Source: the human T2T-CHM13v2.0 reference genome, Homo sapiens. Taken from it: a stretch of DNA of 64,000 nucleotides. This document shows, piece after piece, positions 45,437 through 60,690 of the stretch. The position numbers were made by a program, and so were the translations under genes. The notes under the pieces were generated by a model. The model saw nothing but the letters and a program-made list of their open reading frames with translations, did not search any database and was not told the DNA's origin. Within the stretch, counting starts at the first letter, position 1. The number at the start of each line of letters is the position of its first letter. The stretch lies in assembly GCF_009914755.1 (NCBI RefSeq), contig NC_060942.1; one strand, 5' to 3'.

Positions 45437-46284
45437 AAACCTACCTATTTATTTATTTACGTGTAAGCTTGTTATTACCAAATCTCAGTGACAATATTAA
45501 GAGAATCATAAAAAGCATATCCAAGAAACTCCAGACTCTGGGCTACCAAGCCAGAGAGCTGAGTAGAACCTGGCCTCTAGTAGATAATCCTGGTCAGGCA
45601 CACAGAAGTCCCAAATGTTTTTAAAGAACCTCTTCAATTTAATATTTCATTCCAAAGCAACGAGCTCCTTCTGATGAAGGCTTCTAAAGGCACACTAGAT
45701 GGTGGCTTCCTCGCACTGTCAACTACTCAGGCCTAAATGGAGACTTCCGAGACATAAAAACTGGAGAACCCAATTTGCATAATTTTCATCATTCCAGCCA
45801 CACTGTGGCATGCCTAAGAAGGGAGTCTGGAAGAGATTTTTTTGCCAGAAAGTACAGAGAACATGATCTCCTGGGGCTAATTTTAAAAGGCTGAGGGTTT
45901 AAAAGTGGTCCTGAATTTTTCTGCAAAGTTCTTTAGTATGAGGAATCTTTCTTTTCAATGTTCTTCCCTTGCTGAAATCTTTATTGAGCTTTGCATGACT
46001 TTGTGTGAACTACTAGAATTCCTTTTACACTACATCCCCCAAGAACAGAACTGAATAAAATCAGTCTCACATCTGAGCATGCTTGGTTCCAGCCTTTTAG
46101 CCAGAAAGACTGCTCCTCCCAGGCAAACGTTAAGAGTATCATGGTCACTACAGCAACCACTAAGATAAAACTAAAAACAAAATCCCCTCCACCCACCACC
46201 ACCAAAACCTGCCTATTTGTTCATCTACATGTAAGCTTGTTATTACCAAATCTCTGTGGCAGTATTAAGAGAATCAGAAAAAGC
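45437..46284 (+). repeat. 80-bp dispersed direct repeat (45437-45516 and 46205-46284)
   Basis: Ungapped by-eye alignment, 9 mismatches in 80. Confidence 0.9.
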
Positions 46285-46361
46285 TTGTTAGGCATAACTT
46301 GCTAACACGTACAATTACTGATGGTCAAGATCAAATGAGAAAAACAATATAGTGACACCTG

Positions 46362-46930
46362 AAAAAAATTAAACATAGAATTACCATATAATCCAGTAAC
46401 TCCACTAATGGATATGTAGTCAAGAGAATTGAAAGCAGGGACTCAAACAGATATTTGTACACCAATGGTCATAGCAGCATTATTCACAGTAGCCAGAAGG
46501 TAGACACATCCCAATGTCCATCAATGGATGAACGGATAAAGAGGTGGTACATACATACAATGGAATGTAGTTCAGCCTTAAAAAGGAAATTCTGATGCAT
46601 GCTACAACATGGATGAACCTTGAAGACATTATGCTAAGTGAAATAAGCCCAACACAAAAGGAGAAATACGGCATGATTCCACTTATACGAGGTACCTAGA
46701 GTATCCAAATTCAAAGAGACAGAAAGTGGAAGCGTGGTTGCCAGGGACTGTAAAGACGGAGTTAGTAGGAAGTTACTGGGTAACGGATACAGAGTTTCAG
46801 TTTGGGAAGATGAAAAATTCTGGAGACGGATGGTGGTGATGGATGCAGAACAATGTGAAAGTATTTAATGCCCCTGAATTTTACACCTAAAGTGGTTAAA
46901 ATGGTAAAATGTACAGTTATTTTTGCCACA
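46362..46930 (+). mobile_element. L1MB-like 3' end
   Basis: aaacatagaattaccatataatccag ... gaggtacctagagtatccaaattc ... ggttaaaatggtaaa. Confidence 0.88.
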
Positions 46931-47739
46931 CACACATACACGCAACAATTAAGTGAAGAAGTAATTCAGTTGAAGTCATTCCTCTAATCATTAAAACCCT
47001 GGTCATGGTATCATCTGGGTTTTAACTGTTCAAATTACAGAAAAGTAAAAGGTGTATGTGGGAGAGTTATTAAATGGGGCTAAGGTAACAACCAGAAGGT
47101 ACTCATTCCAACAAGGCCGCAAGCGATGATCTTTTCATAAATTAATCAAATACCTCCTCAAAAACCAGAAGACCTGGAAGTCTGGGCACTGGGCCTTGGG
47201 AATGTACTCCCCAGGTGAGAATCCGGGCTCTGCTGCTTGCCGGCTTCAGTCCTTAGATAACTGACATTAAGTTCTTCTAACTCAATTTCCTCATCTGTAA
47301 AATGGGATAGTAACACTATCCACTCCACAAGCTTGGGGTGAGGGTTACATGAGTTTAAAGGCATCAAGAGCTTGGTAAGCGCTGGCATGCATCAAGCCCA
47401 ACAGCACATGTAAAAAGACATCTGCTGTTTTCCCTGTTGTGTCTCCCCGACCGAGCCCACCTGAAAGACACTGAGTGCTGCAAGCAGGGACATCAGGACA
47501 CAAGGAGCCCCTGCTATAGTCTAACTCCCACAGGCCTGGCTTGAAGTGAAAAGCTGCCAGTCCTCAGTGACAGTAAAACAGGGACCAGGGTCTCAACCAT
47601 ATGTGTTACCACGTTCACTCCTGCTCAAAGACACAATAATTTTACTGGCTAAAAAGAGAAGTGAAACCTCTTAGGCTGCTGAAGCATTTGACTTCTTATG
47701 ATCAGTGCGATATCCATCTCAATGATTAAAGGCATATGA

Positions 47740-48280
<541 letters not shown>

Positions 48281-48520
48281 CTGATTAACTTTCTCTTGGC
48301 AACTAAGTCAGTGCTACACACTCCACCTCTCTTTGAACCCAGTCTTCCCTCTTTCTTTATCTCCCTAAATGAATTTTCTACCTTGTCAACCCTCATTATC
48401 TTGCTTGCTGGCTGCCTTTGCCTTAGTTCAAATGAGAAGAAGATCATCACTAAAACATAAGGAAAAAATGTAACAAATTAAAAAAGGCTTGATATTACCT
48501 TTGTAAAAAATAAAATATGA

Positions 48521-48859
<339 letters not shown>

Positions 48860-50109
48860 GAGATACTTATTTTTACGTAACAAAATAAAGGTTAGTTTGG
48901 AGATTCACCAAGGTATTCACAAGTGGTTCTCTTTATGCAGGTGCGAGACAGGATATTCCCCCTTTTTTTTTTTTTTTTGCATATTTTCTGAATTTTCTAT
49001 AATGAGCATGAATTGATTTTGTAAGAAAAAATAAAGGAAATAATAAAATAATCATTATTTTTCAAAGTCTTTTGGTTTATTTCTAATGCCAGGCTTGGCA
49101 ATGGCTTCAGAAACTTCTGGTTTTGAAACTGGGTAAGGAATGATGTTCATGAATGCATGTTTGGCACGACTACATACAGGCATGTCTGCGCCAATCACGA
49201 TTCACTTCGCCAACCCAAAACAGCAACATTTTAAACAAAGTCGTTGTTGTGACCAGCTATGTTTTAACCAAACAGCTTTTGACTAAGTCACCTGGAGCCA
49301 CCATATGGTAATTATTAAGAAACTGCTTTAGGAAACCATAGTATCATTTAGTAGGATATTCATTAATTTTACTTTTTTCACCTAAAATTACTGGCTTACT
49401 AGAGGTTTACTTTACATAAGATTTTAATGGAACAATTTTCTCCTTTGTAAGACATGTTTAAACCAACAAATCTCTGCTCTCATTTATTTCCATGGTGGCT
49501 AATTTTTGGAAGCACTGATGGCTGTGACTCTTACTCTGGAGGTCATTGTCCGGAGACAGCGCATGAAAGACTATTCCTTGGCAGCAATATGGTTCACTGC
49601 GAACAGTAACAATTGTGGGATCCAACACCCAAAGACCTGGGCATTTATTTATTTTGATTTTATCCTTAGCTCTCTGAGCATTTTAGGAATACCTGAATGA
49701 CTATTAGTAATGCTACAATGGCATTTATCAAGCAAATCATAGCTTCAAGCATTAGCATGATACATGATAAACTGACCAATATAACAAAAATTGTTCACCA
49801 TGGTTACCAAGCATCCTGGAAAGTTTCTGAACTGTCCCCTTGCCACCTCGCCCTCTCACCCTGTAAATTTTCTCTGCAAGTCTGCCATTGCTCCCCCACC
49901 TTTTTCCCTTCCTCACAGGGTGGATCCATTTGTAGGATTTATACCCTCACCTTACTGTTCATGGCTCCCTCCTAAGCTGCAAATGTGGGCATTTTAATTG
50001 CCTTCATTTTTCTTGCCTGTATTTTCTAAGTTTGTTTAAATAATTATTACATTATTACTGTTGAAATGAGAAAACATTATATTTTGAAACTAATAGAAAA
50101 AATAAAAAT

Positions 50110-50438
50110 GGCCAGCCGTGGTGACTTATGCCTGGAATTCCAGCATTTTGGGAAGCCAAGGCGGGCGGATCACCTGAGCTCAGGAGTTCAAGACCTGCCT
50201 GGGCAACATGGCAAAATCCCATCTCTACCAAAAATACAAAAATTAGCTGGGTGTGGTGGCATGTGCCTGTAGTCCCAGCTACTCGGGAGGCTGAGGCAGG
50301 AGAATCACTTGAGCCCAGTAGGTGGAGAATGCAGTTGAGCCGAGATTGCACCACTGGACTCCAACCTGAACAGCAGCGTGAGACTCTGTCTCCAAACAAA
50401 CAAACAAACAAACAAACAAATAAACAAACAAAAAAAAA
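50110..50438 (+). mobile_element. Alu with (AAAC)n tail
   Basis: Alu consensus; caaa repeats at ~50393-50430. Confidence 0.9.
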
Positions 50439-50490
50439 CGTTTCATGGTCTATTCCCCAGCTAAGGTGGAAAAGAAAAGCATTCTGGAGG

Positions 50491-50788
<298 letters not shown>

Positions 50789-50889
50789 CTATGGCAAATA
50801 ATCCACATGCATATTTTAAAATATTGCCTTCTATTTTTTTTTCCCTCTGGTAGAAGCCCCAAATTACCTACAACAGCTGCGTTTTCAGG

Positions 50890-51330
50890 TCACTAGTGTG
50901 ACAGAGCCGTTTTCCCATATCTGCTATTCCCTTTTATCTATGGTAACCGAAATCCAAATTACAGCTGGGCACATAACCACCCAGAATTAAGGTAACATTT
51001 CCCAGCCTCTCATCCCACCAGGTATGGTCTTATGGATTAGACTGACCAACAGGATGTGAGTGACTGATGGTGGGCAACTTCCAGGCAGTGCCCTTAAACA
51101 GATGGGACACATGCCCTCCCTCCCTCCTTCCCCTTCTCCTTCCCATGAGTGTGAATGTGATTGCGGAGGTGATGAGCCATTTTGGACAATGTGACGTCAA
51201 TGCCCTAGTGATGTGGATCAATACACAAGAAACCTGTATCCGTGACACCACTCGGTTGTGCATAAGAGAAAAATATTTCCATCTTATTTAAGCTGTTGTT
51301 TTTGGTTTCAATTACAGAAGCCCAATACAC
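50890..51330 (+). mobile_element. Old MLT1 LTR fragment
   Basis: acatttcccagcctc ... gagaaaaatatttccatcttatttaagctgttg. Confidence 0.55.
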
Positions 51331-52332
51331 ATCCAAAGCCAAAATGACAGAAGGAAATGGAAGAAAGGCCACTGAAATGCAGAGTCAGTGCACCTAAAGA
51401 GGCCCAGAGAAGATGTGGCCTTTATTTTGCCCCAGTAACAACTGTGCATGGAGCCCTTGACCCTTACAGAATGCTGACCCTTGAAGTGTAAATGTCTAGA
51501 GCCTTCCTTGTAAATTACCCAATGTGAAAGGAGGCTCTGCTTGGACAGGGCTGTGATCCTTCCTCCCACCACACTGTGGGCAGTTCCAGTGGCGCTCGGC
51601 CTTTCTGCTGCAGTTCACTGTATAAATGTGGCATTTCCAGGGAGATAGATCAGTACAGGAATCTGTAAATACAATTTGCTGATTCCAAGTTTCGTCTGCA
51701 GGTCAGTCACTTGAGAAATTAATGGGACAGTCTTAAAGGAGAGAGTCTCACTTGTAATGACTTTGAGAAGACAAAAAGGGAAGTGATCTGAGATAGTCTT
51801 TCTTAGGTTAATAAATCATGATGTGACAGATCCCATTCCTCACATGCATAAAATCCTCAAGGACAATGAAATACAATGGACATTAATTCAGGCCTAAGTC
51901 ACTGGAAGGAGAAATTCATGTAACACCGAAAGTAGGATTTCTACTTTAAATCATTTACAGATGAGAGGAGGAACCTTCTATTTGTTTTAAATTCTGAACT
52001 TCACAGTGACCCAATATCACAGTAAAAATTTCTATTCCGATCAGTTAAAAACTGGAAATATTAAGTTTGACTTAAAGAAGAACTTACTATATACCAAGAT
52101 AAGCATTTTCCATAGATTATTTAATTCTCATAAAAACTTTTTTTTTTTAACAGGTGAGAAGCTGGAGCATAGAGCACTTCACTTGTTAAAATTAGTAGCT
52201 AAGCCAGGACATGAGCCCAGGCTGCTGGGCTCCAGAGCCCACCTCTTCCCTGAACTGCGTGTTACAGGAGACACAGATTAGTAAGATTTACATTTGGTAA
52301 ACGAGCAATGTGGGAGAAATGGATATGCTTAG

Positions 52333-52684
52333 TGGTATGGTTTGACTGTGTCCCCATCCAAATCTCATCTCAAATTGCATCTCCCACAATTCCCACATGT
52401 CATAGGAGGAACCCAGTAAGAGCTAATTGAATCATGAGGGTAGGTCTTTCCCATGCTATTATAGTAATAGTGAATAAATCCCATGAGATCTGATGATTTT
52501 TTAAAAACAGGAGTTTCCCTGCACAAGCTCTCTCTCTTTGCCTGCCGCCATCCATGTAAGATGTGACTTGTTCCTCCTTGCCTTCCACCATGATTGTGAG
52601 GCCTCCCCAGCCATGTGGAACTGTAAGTCCATCAAACCTCTTTCTTCCCAGTCTCAGGAAGCAGCATGAAAATGGACTAACACA
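52333..52684 (+). mobile_element. THE1-type solo LTR
   Basis: tggtatggtttgactgtgtccccatccaaatctcatc ... gcagcatgaaaatggactaacaca. Confidence 0.9.
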
Positions 52685-53430
52685 CCTGGCTAGGGACACA
52701 CAAGACAGAGCAATACAAGCTTCGTAACAGAAGTGTAATGTGTCCTCTCAGTACAGAGGATAAACTCAATTTCAGGAGCCAGGGAAATACATAGGTTGGA
52801 GTTGCCTCTGCCCTAGAAAGATATACATAAGGGGCACCCATCCTCATTCACTACCAGCCCTGCCCCTCCAGGGTGGCCCAAATCCACTTTCTCTGTTGTG
52901 CAAGCTCAGCTTTCCTCTGGGGAATAATTTTCTCCATCCTTGGTTCAGATGATCCTTAGACAACCTTTAGGATGTCTCTCCCAAACCTGAACCTAATTTA
53001 ATCTGTAGGGCATAAGAGGCTGGAAATAAAAGACTACAGACAGAGTCGTTAAAAAGGCTACTAAAATATTTCAGCCTAGAGATAAGAGCATGGAGTTGAA
53101 AAATGAGGACAGATTTTTTTTTTTTAATGTTGGGGTTAAAATCTGTAGGACTTCCTAACACACTGGATATACAGAATAAAAAAATCAGAGAAGTCCAAGA
53201 CTAGAGATTTATTTTTGTAGAGCTGCCTGGGGGATGAGGTTGCCATGAATGAATATGAGTTAAATCAGAAGAGAGCTAATTACAAAAGATTTTTACAGCA
53301 CAGAGTTGGGGATGACTAGAAGGTATTACATTCAGTTTGAACATGCTGCTTAATATGTTTTAGGCTATAGGCAGCTCCAGGGCAAGGCAGGGCGTGGAGC
53401 TCTAGCGACGACCTGCAGCATGGCAGATGA

Positions 53431-53735
<305 letters not shown>

Positions 53736-55464
53736 AATTCCTTCTAGCTCATGTTTCTTTTTTTCCCCTGAGGATGGAGGTGTACTTTTTTTGACCTATA
53801 CTTTTTCTCTGAAAAAAAAATAGCCATTCATGGAACATTTCACACTTTCATATAACAATTACGTAACTGTGATTAACATGGTTAATCACCGTTTATGTAC
53901 TTTGGATAATCGGTTTGGATAATTATTCAGACCCAGAGAATTCTTGAGCAAGGGGAGACCTTAACAGTCAAGTCCAGGGCCTCTTTTTTTTTTTTTTTTT
54001 CCAGAGCGGGAAACAGAGGTTCAAAATAGGAAAGTGATTTGTTCAGGTTCAGACAGCCAGTTTGTTGGCATCCTTGACATCACTTCCCTGACTAGCTCTT
54101 CCCTTTTTAACTCTCTGGCTTCTTTACTGTGCCCAGTTAGGCCACGTGGACATCTCCCCAGCCATGTCCTTGGCCCACGCCATCCCTGGGTGCTTGCCTT
54201 TTTTTTTTTTTTTTAAGAAACTTGTCTTGGTCATTCCACACATTGGTATATGTGAGCAGCTATGACTTGGAAGTGTTTTTGCAAACACGTGGAAAAGGAA
54301 GATGACCCTCTGACCCTCTGATGTGCCTTTAGATGTGGCACGCACAGTAAGTTCGGTATGACAGCCCAAGATGTACGAGGGGGCACTGCGGCCGCCCTGG
54401 TTCTCCAGGCAACTGCCGCTCTCGGGTGGTAATGACCTCTGGACAAACCTACACAAGTGGTGGTTCTCAAAGAGTAGATCACACGCTGGTCAACACGTGA
54501 CTAAACTCAACCAGGACTTCCAAGGCCCAAGAAGAGATGTTCCTGGTGTAGGGTATACTCTTTTAAAACAACTTAGGCTCTTTGATAGTGGAAGCATTGT
54601 TTAATTAGAAGAGAGAAACTACCCCATCTCTATATTGAGTCCTATGGAGTTTGTCACTTATCATAATTTTTTTTCCTTTTTGCAAATTTTAAGAGATAGT
54701 GCCTTGGTGTCTTAAGTCTGATCCCTGACAATTACAGCTTCAGTCTCTGTGATAAGGGTGGCTCTGTAGAGAATATCTTACGGGTTACAGGAGGCTATAC
54801 AGATGTCTACCATTGTACATCCACACTGTGTCTCCTCTAATTGACCATGAACACCTAGAAGGCAGGGGTTGAGTCTCCACTATCTTGAGCACTTAGCCCA
54901 GTGTCTGACAAATCACACATGCTCAACATGTTTTTCCTGAAGTTGGCAAGAATTCTCTCCTTGGGAAGAACCTATCCAAGATATTATTTATAAAAATAAG
55001 TGTCATAATTTTCTCTTTGTATCTTCTCCAGTCTCTCATTCTTCCTGCCTGTCTCCTTTGCTGTATTACAGGGTATAGAAGGAATTAGGGATTGACAGGA
55101 GCAAAGGACAGACTCAAAACAGTGCCTGGCATGTGGTGTAACCTCAGTCATGTTTCTTGTATAAAATAGTGACAGATCCATCACCTTTACCATCTTCTGC
55201 CTAATGGGACTGAAAATATTCAACTTTATTTGGAGTAAATACCATTCACTCTGTTTGTGATGAAGAACTCGGAGACTCAGGCAGTCCAGGCAAGCTGTCC
55301 AAGATCCAGAATCCAGGGGCTGCTCGGCAACTCAGCCACCTTGTCCAGCTAAGCAGCCGACCTAGGACATTCATTTTGTATCCCTGCTGAGTGGTCACAT
55401 AAGCCTCTATGTTCAAGAGGCCTGACTGAATCAGAATTATTAACAAGTATAAAATGTGGAGACG

Positions 55465-55700
55465 TCACATGGTATGGTGGTTATAGGCAGCTGTTTTAAA
55501 GACAGGCAGACCTGAGTTTAGGGCTTGATTCTACCACTTGCTCATTTTGATGAATTGATGTAAATTATATATGAGCTTACATTTTAATTTTTTCTTCGGC
55601 AAAATGGTATCTCAATATGTACCTTGTGGAGTTATTTTGAACATTAAATGAGATACGTAAAGTACCTAGTATAGCACCTACTATATAATACATGTCCACT
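55465..55700 (+). mobile_element. MIR
   Basis: gacaggcagacctgagtt ... attaaatgagatacgtaaagtacctagtatagcacc. Confidence 0.65.
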
Positions 55701-57873
55701 AAAGAGTAGTAATGATAGTAATAGTAGCTATTATTATCATCTCCTGTCTTCGCTCAATACAGGGGTTTAAGTATATATTAAATGAATGTTTATAATAGTT
55801 ACGATGAAGCTCTGTGAAATACTCGGAAGCCAAACAGAATCAAGTGATAATTGAATGCTGACCCTGAGCAACTCACTGATAGATGCCGTGGGGGAAGTAC
55901 AAAGAGTTATAAGGTAAGAAGAACTCATGGTATCACTGAGCACAGATCATACTGAGTAATATACTGAGCAAAGAACATAAGTGTCTAACAACATCACGCC
56001 CTTTAAAAAGAAAATACCCAAGACATCAAAAAGCACTCAGCCCATCAAAAATTACCATAGAATAGAGCAGGGCCAGCTTGGCCTGGTTTGAGGCATCTTT
56101 GTACAGTGTGATTTGGATTTCACAGAATAGATAAGGCCACTTAGGGCAGAGAGAAAGCCACAGAAAAGCATGCAGAGGCGCTGGTTATCTCAGCCTAGGG
56201 ACACCGCACTATTCAATCTTTTTGTTATGTGGTGACAAACACCAGTGCTTTATTAACTAGAACCTCCAACCACCCAGGTACCCCTCAAACCAGTGGTGTC
56301 CATCACTTCCTATGGTCCACAGGCCCTTCCTAAGGAAAACTGCCCAGCCCGCAGTCCTCCTGATGGGGTCACTGGGATGGTCCGACTTTGTACCATGAGG
56401 CAACGCTCCTGCCCCTCCAGGTTAAAAAGACAGAGAGGGGTATCTCCCAGCCAATCCAGCCACCTCTGTCTGCCAGGACAAATCCATGTGCCAGACCAAT
56501 TACAAATCCTGTCCAGGGCTCTAAACAAACATGAACCCCGTGGATCATGCTGGCTGACTGGTCGTTAAGATAGGGTCTGGAGAGACCAGAGTAAGCCAAC
56601 AATGCGAGTGAGAAGAGGACATCAGCACTGGTGATTCTCCCGAGAGGAGATGCCATGAGGGAGGCACCACGCCTAGGACTGCCTCATTTTCTGCCATCTC
56701 CTCACGTTCTAACTCCAGGTATCCCAATTACCACTTCCTTCACTATGGAGATTCATGTGGCATTTCTGTTCTTTGCAACCAAGATCTTTTTTTTTTGTCC
56801 AGTTATACTGGTGACAAAAGATACAATTTTGAAACAATTGCATTAATTTGATAAATTATACAATTTGATAAATTGATAAAATTTGATACAATTTTGAGAA
56901 ATAATAATAGTAGAAAGGGCTTTGATTTGGGTGTTAATCAGAGTTTCCGTGAGTGTGTTTTATCAAAAGCTCAAATTTCTGTTTCGCAGACAGAAGTCCT
57001 TCATAAATGGTTCAAATGTAAACTTTTTTACTACCCTGTAGATTCAGTCCATACCATATTGAGACTTGCATTCTAACAGTAACAGCTGAATTTCTATGCA
57101 TTTTATGGAATTAGTGAATTATTTACTGGTAACCTTAAAGAGTTAGAGCTTGAGTTTAAGCAACAAGAAACCATCTGTACCAGACAGAGCAAAGCAGGCA
57201 AGAGTAAGAAAATGTTTCATAAACATGAGCTTGCTCTAAATAGCAGAAGTTTTAGTGTTGTAGGCAACGTTAGTGCATAATTCATTTTCCGTGCCTTGTT
57301 GCTTTCTGTCTGGCTGGCTTTTTCTGAGGTCTGTGCCCAGCCAAAAAAAGAGAAATCCATTTGTGGGTTCCATGAGAGAGAAGTGATAAGATTGATAAAC
57401 AGATGCATTTCTATTTCATGTGGTTGGCCATTCCTTTCAGTTATATTATTAACTGACCCACCTCCCTCAGATCTTTGAAATGCTTTTTAATCTGGTCTCC
57501 TGATAAACCCTAAGGCCAAGTGGCTCTCGGAATTTGGAGAGAACAGTTTTTCCTCCCTGTCCTGACTATGGCATTTAAGATAAAGAGCAAATAGTGCCAT
57601 GTGATTAAACAATATATGTAACCTTGAAAACTTGCCATAGTGGTTTCAGTGTCATTTACTCATACATCCTAAGCACTGCTAGAAAGTCCAGTGATAAAGG
57701 ATTCCTTCATTTAATTCTAGGGAACAGTCAAGCAAGAGCCCACAAAAGAAATGGACACCATAAGAAGATACCATTATGTTAGTGCATTGACTGTAAAAAG
57801 GATGGCATTCAACTAAGAGGAGCAACATTTTGATGGAATTTCAGGCACTATAATAAAGTGAAGAATCCTGACA

Positions 57874-57922
57874 TTGTGGTGGGAGTGACACTTTTGTGGT
57901 GGGAGTGATGCTTTCGTGGTGA
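57874..57922 (+). repeat. 20-bp tandem repeat, ~2.5 copies (ttgtggtgggagtgacactt)
   Basis: Directly visible. Confidence 0.75.
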
Positions 57923-57970
57923 GGGAAGGGAGGTAGGGGGGCTTTCTGAAGTCCAATAAATGACACCAGG

Positions 57971-58328
57971 TGTATTAGTCCGTTTTCACACTACTGATAG
58001 AGACATACCTGAGACTAAGTAATTTATACAGGAAAAAGGTTTAATGGACTCACAGTTCCACATGGCTCGGGAGGCCTCACAATCATGGCAGAAGGCAAGG
58101 AGGAGCAAGTCATGTCTTACATGGACGGCAACAGGCAAAGAGAGAGAGAGCTTGTGTAGGGAAACTCCCCCTTATAAAACCATCAGATCCTGTGAGACGT
58201 ATTCACTATCATGAGAACAGCACGGGAAAGAACTGCCCTCGTGATTCAATTACCTCCCACCAGGTTCCTCCCACAACACGTGGGAATTCAAGATGAGATT
58301 TGGGTGCGGACACAGCCAAACCATATCG
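57971..58328 (-). mobile_element. THE1-type solo LTR (sense to CCBE1)
   Basis: tgtattagtccgttttcacactactgatagagacatacc ... gacacagccaaaccatatcg; near-TSD ccagg/ctagg. Confidence 0.92.
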
Positions 58329-60404
58329 CTAGGTAAGCACTGTCTTCTCTAGGCACAACAATGGCCTGCTGGACCTCAGATACCACTTTGACAGTGGGCA
58401 GACTTTGAGATCTCTCCAGGGCCTAAAGCCTGTTTGTGTGTGGTGGTGGGAGTCCAGCTGTGAACAAGAAGGGTCTTCCAAAGGAGCCAGCTGTGGTAGA
58501 AGCTTCCCTTTTAGGCCAGTATCTTCCTAGGGATTGGAGTTCAGGGGGCTTTGGACAACTGTGGAAAAAACTGTCGGGGAGTATGTATTATGCAATCAGG
58601 GTCCACTTCTGGAAGACCCAGTTCCACAATGTAGGGCTTAGCTCTTCAGCAGGGGCTGCCTGAGTCAAAAGATAAGTCCCAGAGGAAGGTAGCAAGACTA
58701 TCCTGAGGACCTCTTAGGCCACCCGCAGGTCCAGAGATATCCCACTGGTGCTGGCCAGAGCATGGTTCTACTCTGCAGTTGTGTTGATATATGCTGATCA
58801 GCCAGACACACAGCAGGATGCTTTCCCACACATCCTAGGAGACTGGTTTCCCACCCTGGGACTCAGGTCTGGGAGACCTCTGTTAATAAAACTCTTCATG
58901 ATCCTTTCTCTATTTGCACTGTTACAGAAAAGTTGACCCTCAAAGCAGTGGGAATGAAGTCTTCGGAGGAAGGGCAGGCAGGTCTTGGCAGTTTCCCTTT
59001 GGCTTGTTGGTGTCTTTCTGCTGAAGCGTGTGCTGAACTGTGGGCCATGCTCTCCTGGGTATCTTTCTAGTAGAAGCCTCCCAGCAGGTTCAGGCCCAGG
59101 ACTGAAGCCAGGGGTAACAGCTGGCTTCATCCAGAACTGTCAATGACACCCTCCAAAGTCCCCATGGCACCTTCTTAATGAGGAGCTCTGCCTAGACCCA
59201 CAGTTTGATAAAACCTGGAAATCCAGCAGGGAGGGGCCTTTCCCTGGAGGGTTTGTGGTAGAAACAGCAATGGCAGTGGACAGCATTTACTGCTCACTCC
59301 CTGTGCACCTGAGTTTGTAACCATCGTGGCCTTCAGCAGAGAGAGGCAGAGAAGCCCAAGGGAAACCACACACTCAGGACCTGCTGCCCTTCTTCCAAAG
59401 ACTGTTCCTACTGCTGTTGGATCCCTCCTCCCTGTAACAATGGAAACACAGGAAGGTGGGGAAGGGTTTTGCTACTGATGGTCCCCCAGAGCTGAGTCAC
59501 AGGCAAGAAACTGCCACCTCATACAGAGCTCCTCTGAATCCCCACAACCACCCACACATTGGTTCTGTGATTACACCCAGTTTACAGGTGGACAAAGGGA
59601 GTGTCAGACAGTGCAAGAATCTGCCAAGGTCATAAGGTGAAGATGGGTTACACCTAGGATTTCAATCCCCAAAGTGTGAAGCACAGTGTCTAGCAAAGGA
59701 TAGCTGCTCATTGAAGAGATCTGAATGAGAAGAAATGCAGACATGGATGTGGTGATGCCATCCTTAGCAGAGCCCACTCTAAGCCAGAAGCGTCAAGGCT
59801 GCCGGCTGGGACGTCAAGTCGATGGTGATTTTGGGGACCCTGTCCTGGGGCTGCTCCATCCTCCATAGGGACAGTACATCTCCTTTTACTTACCCCCATG
59901 GCTTTAGAGGGGAAGCACCAGGCTTGTGGTTCCCAAACTGGGAAAGAAAAGTGGAGAAAGCCAGTTCCTCCTTCCTAAGATATAGATCAGGACTGTGGGG
60001 CAGTTAACAAAACTGAGTGAGTGGCCAGGCTGGAAGTGAGAGTGGAGTCACTAACAACCTGACAAGCTGTGTGGAAGGGAACGTCTTCAAGTCTTTATCT
60101 GTTGAACTAAGTGTCGACACTCCTCCCCTGCTGAACCCCAAACACATCTAACCTGCTTCCTCCTCCTCCTGGAAGCCTTTCCTGAATTCCTATCCACCAA
60201 GAAGGGATTTCCACTTTCTCTGAGCACCCACATTCCTACTACCTGTGCTGGTCTCAGGATATTTTAGGAAAACTAAAGATCTTTGGTTCTCAATCCTGGC
60301 TGCAGGCTAGAGTCCACTAGAGAAATGCTCATTTAATGAAAAGTACTTATGCTCAGGCAAACCACAGAACAACTAAGTCAGAATCTCTGAGGCATTCATT
60401 CCTT

Positions 60405-60690
60405 CATTTATTTTGAGACAGGGTCTCACTCTGTCGCCCAGGCTGGAGTGCAGTGGTACAATCGTAGCTTAATGCAGCCTTGACCTTCTGGACTCCCCTC
60501 ACCTCAGCCTTCCAAGTAGCTGCAACTACAGGCGTGCACCATCACGCCTGGCTAATTTTTGTATTTTTAGCACAGACAGCGTCTCCATATGTTGCTCAGG
60601 CTGATCTTAAACTCCTGAACTCAAGTGATCCTCCCACCTCGGCCTCCCACCAAGTGCTGGGATTACAGGCATGAGCCAGCACACCTGGCC
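60405..60690 (-). mobile_element. AluJ-like inserted in a MER5-like element (~60283-60730)
   Basis: Reverse Alu; flanks tggttctcaatcctggctgca ... gcagccaagattgagagcattg. Confidence 0.85.

Noticed and set aside
49100-49300. Possible TIR element (tggcttcag ... ctggagcca) with a p53 half-site aggcatgtct
   Set aside because: Inverted match is only ~9 bp and there is only one half-site; not supportable without a database search.
56820-56900. Degenerate aatttgata repeats (similarly the 20-bp duplication at ~44640-44680)
   Set aside because: Ordinary slippage-type low-complexity duplications with no further structure.
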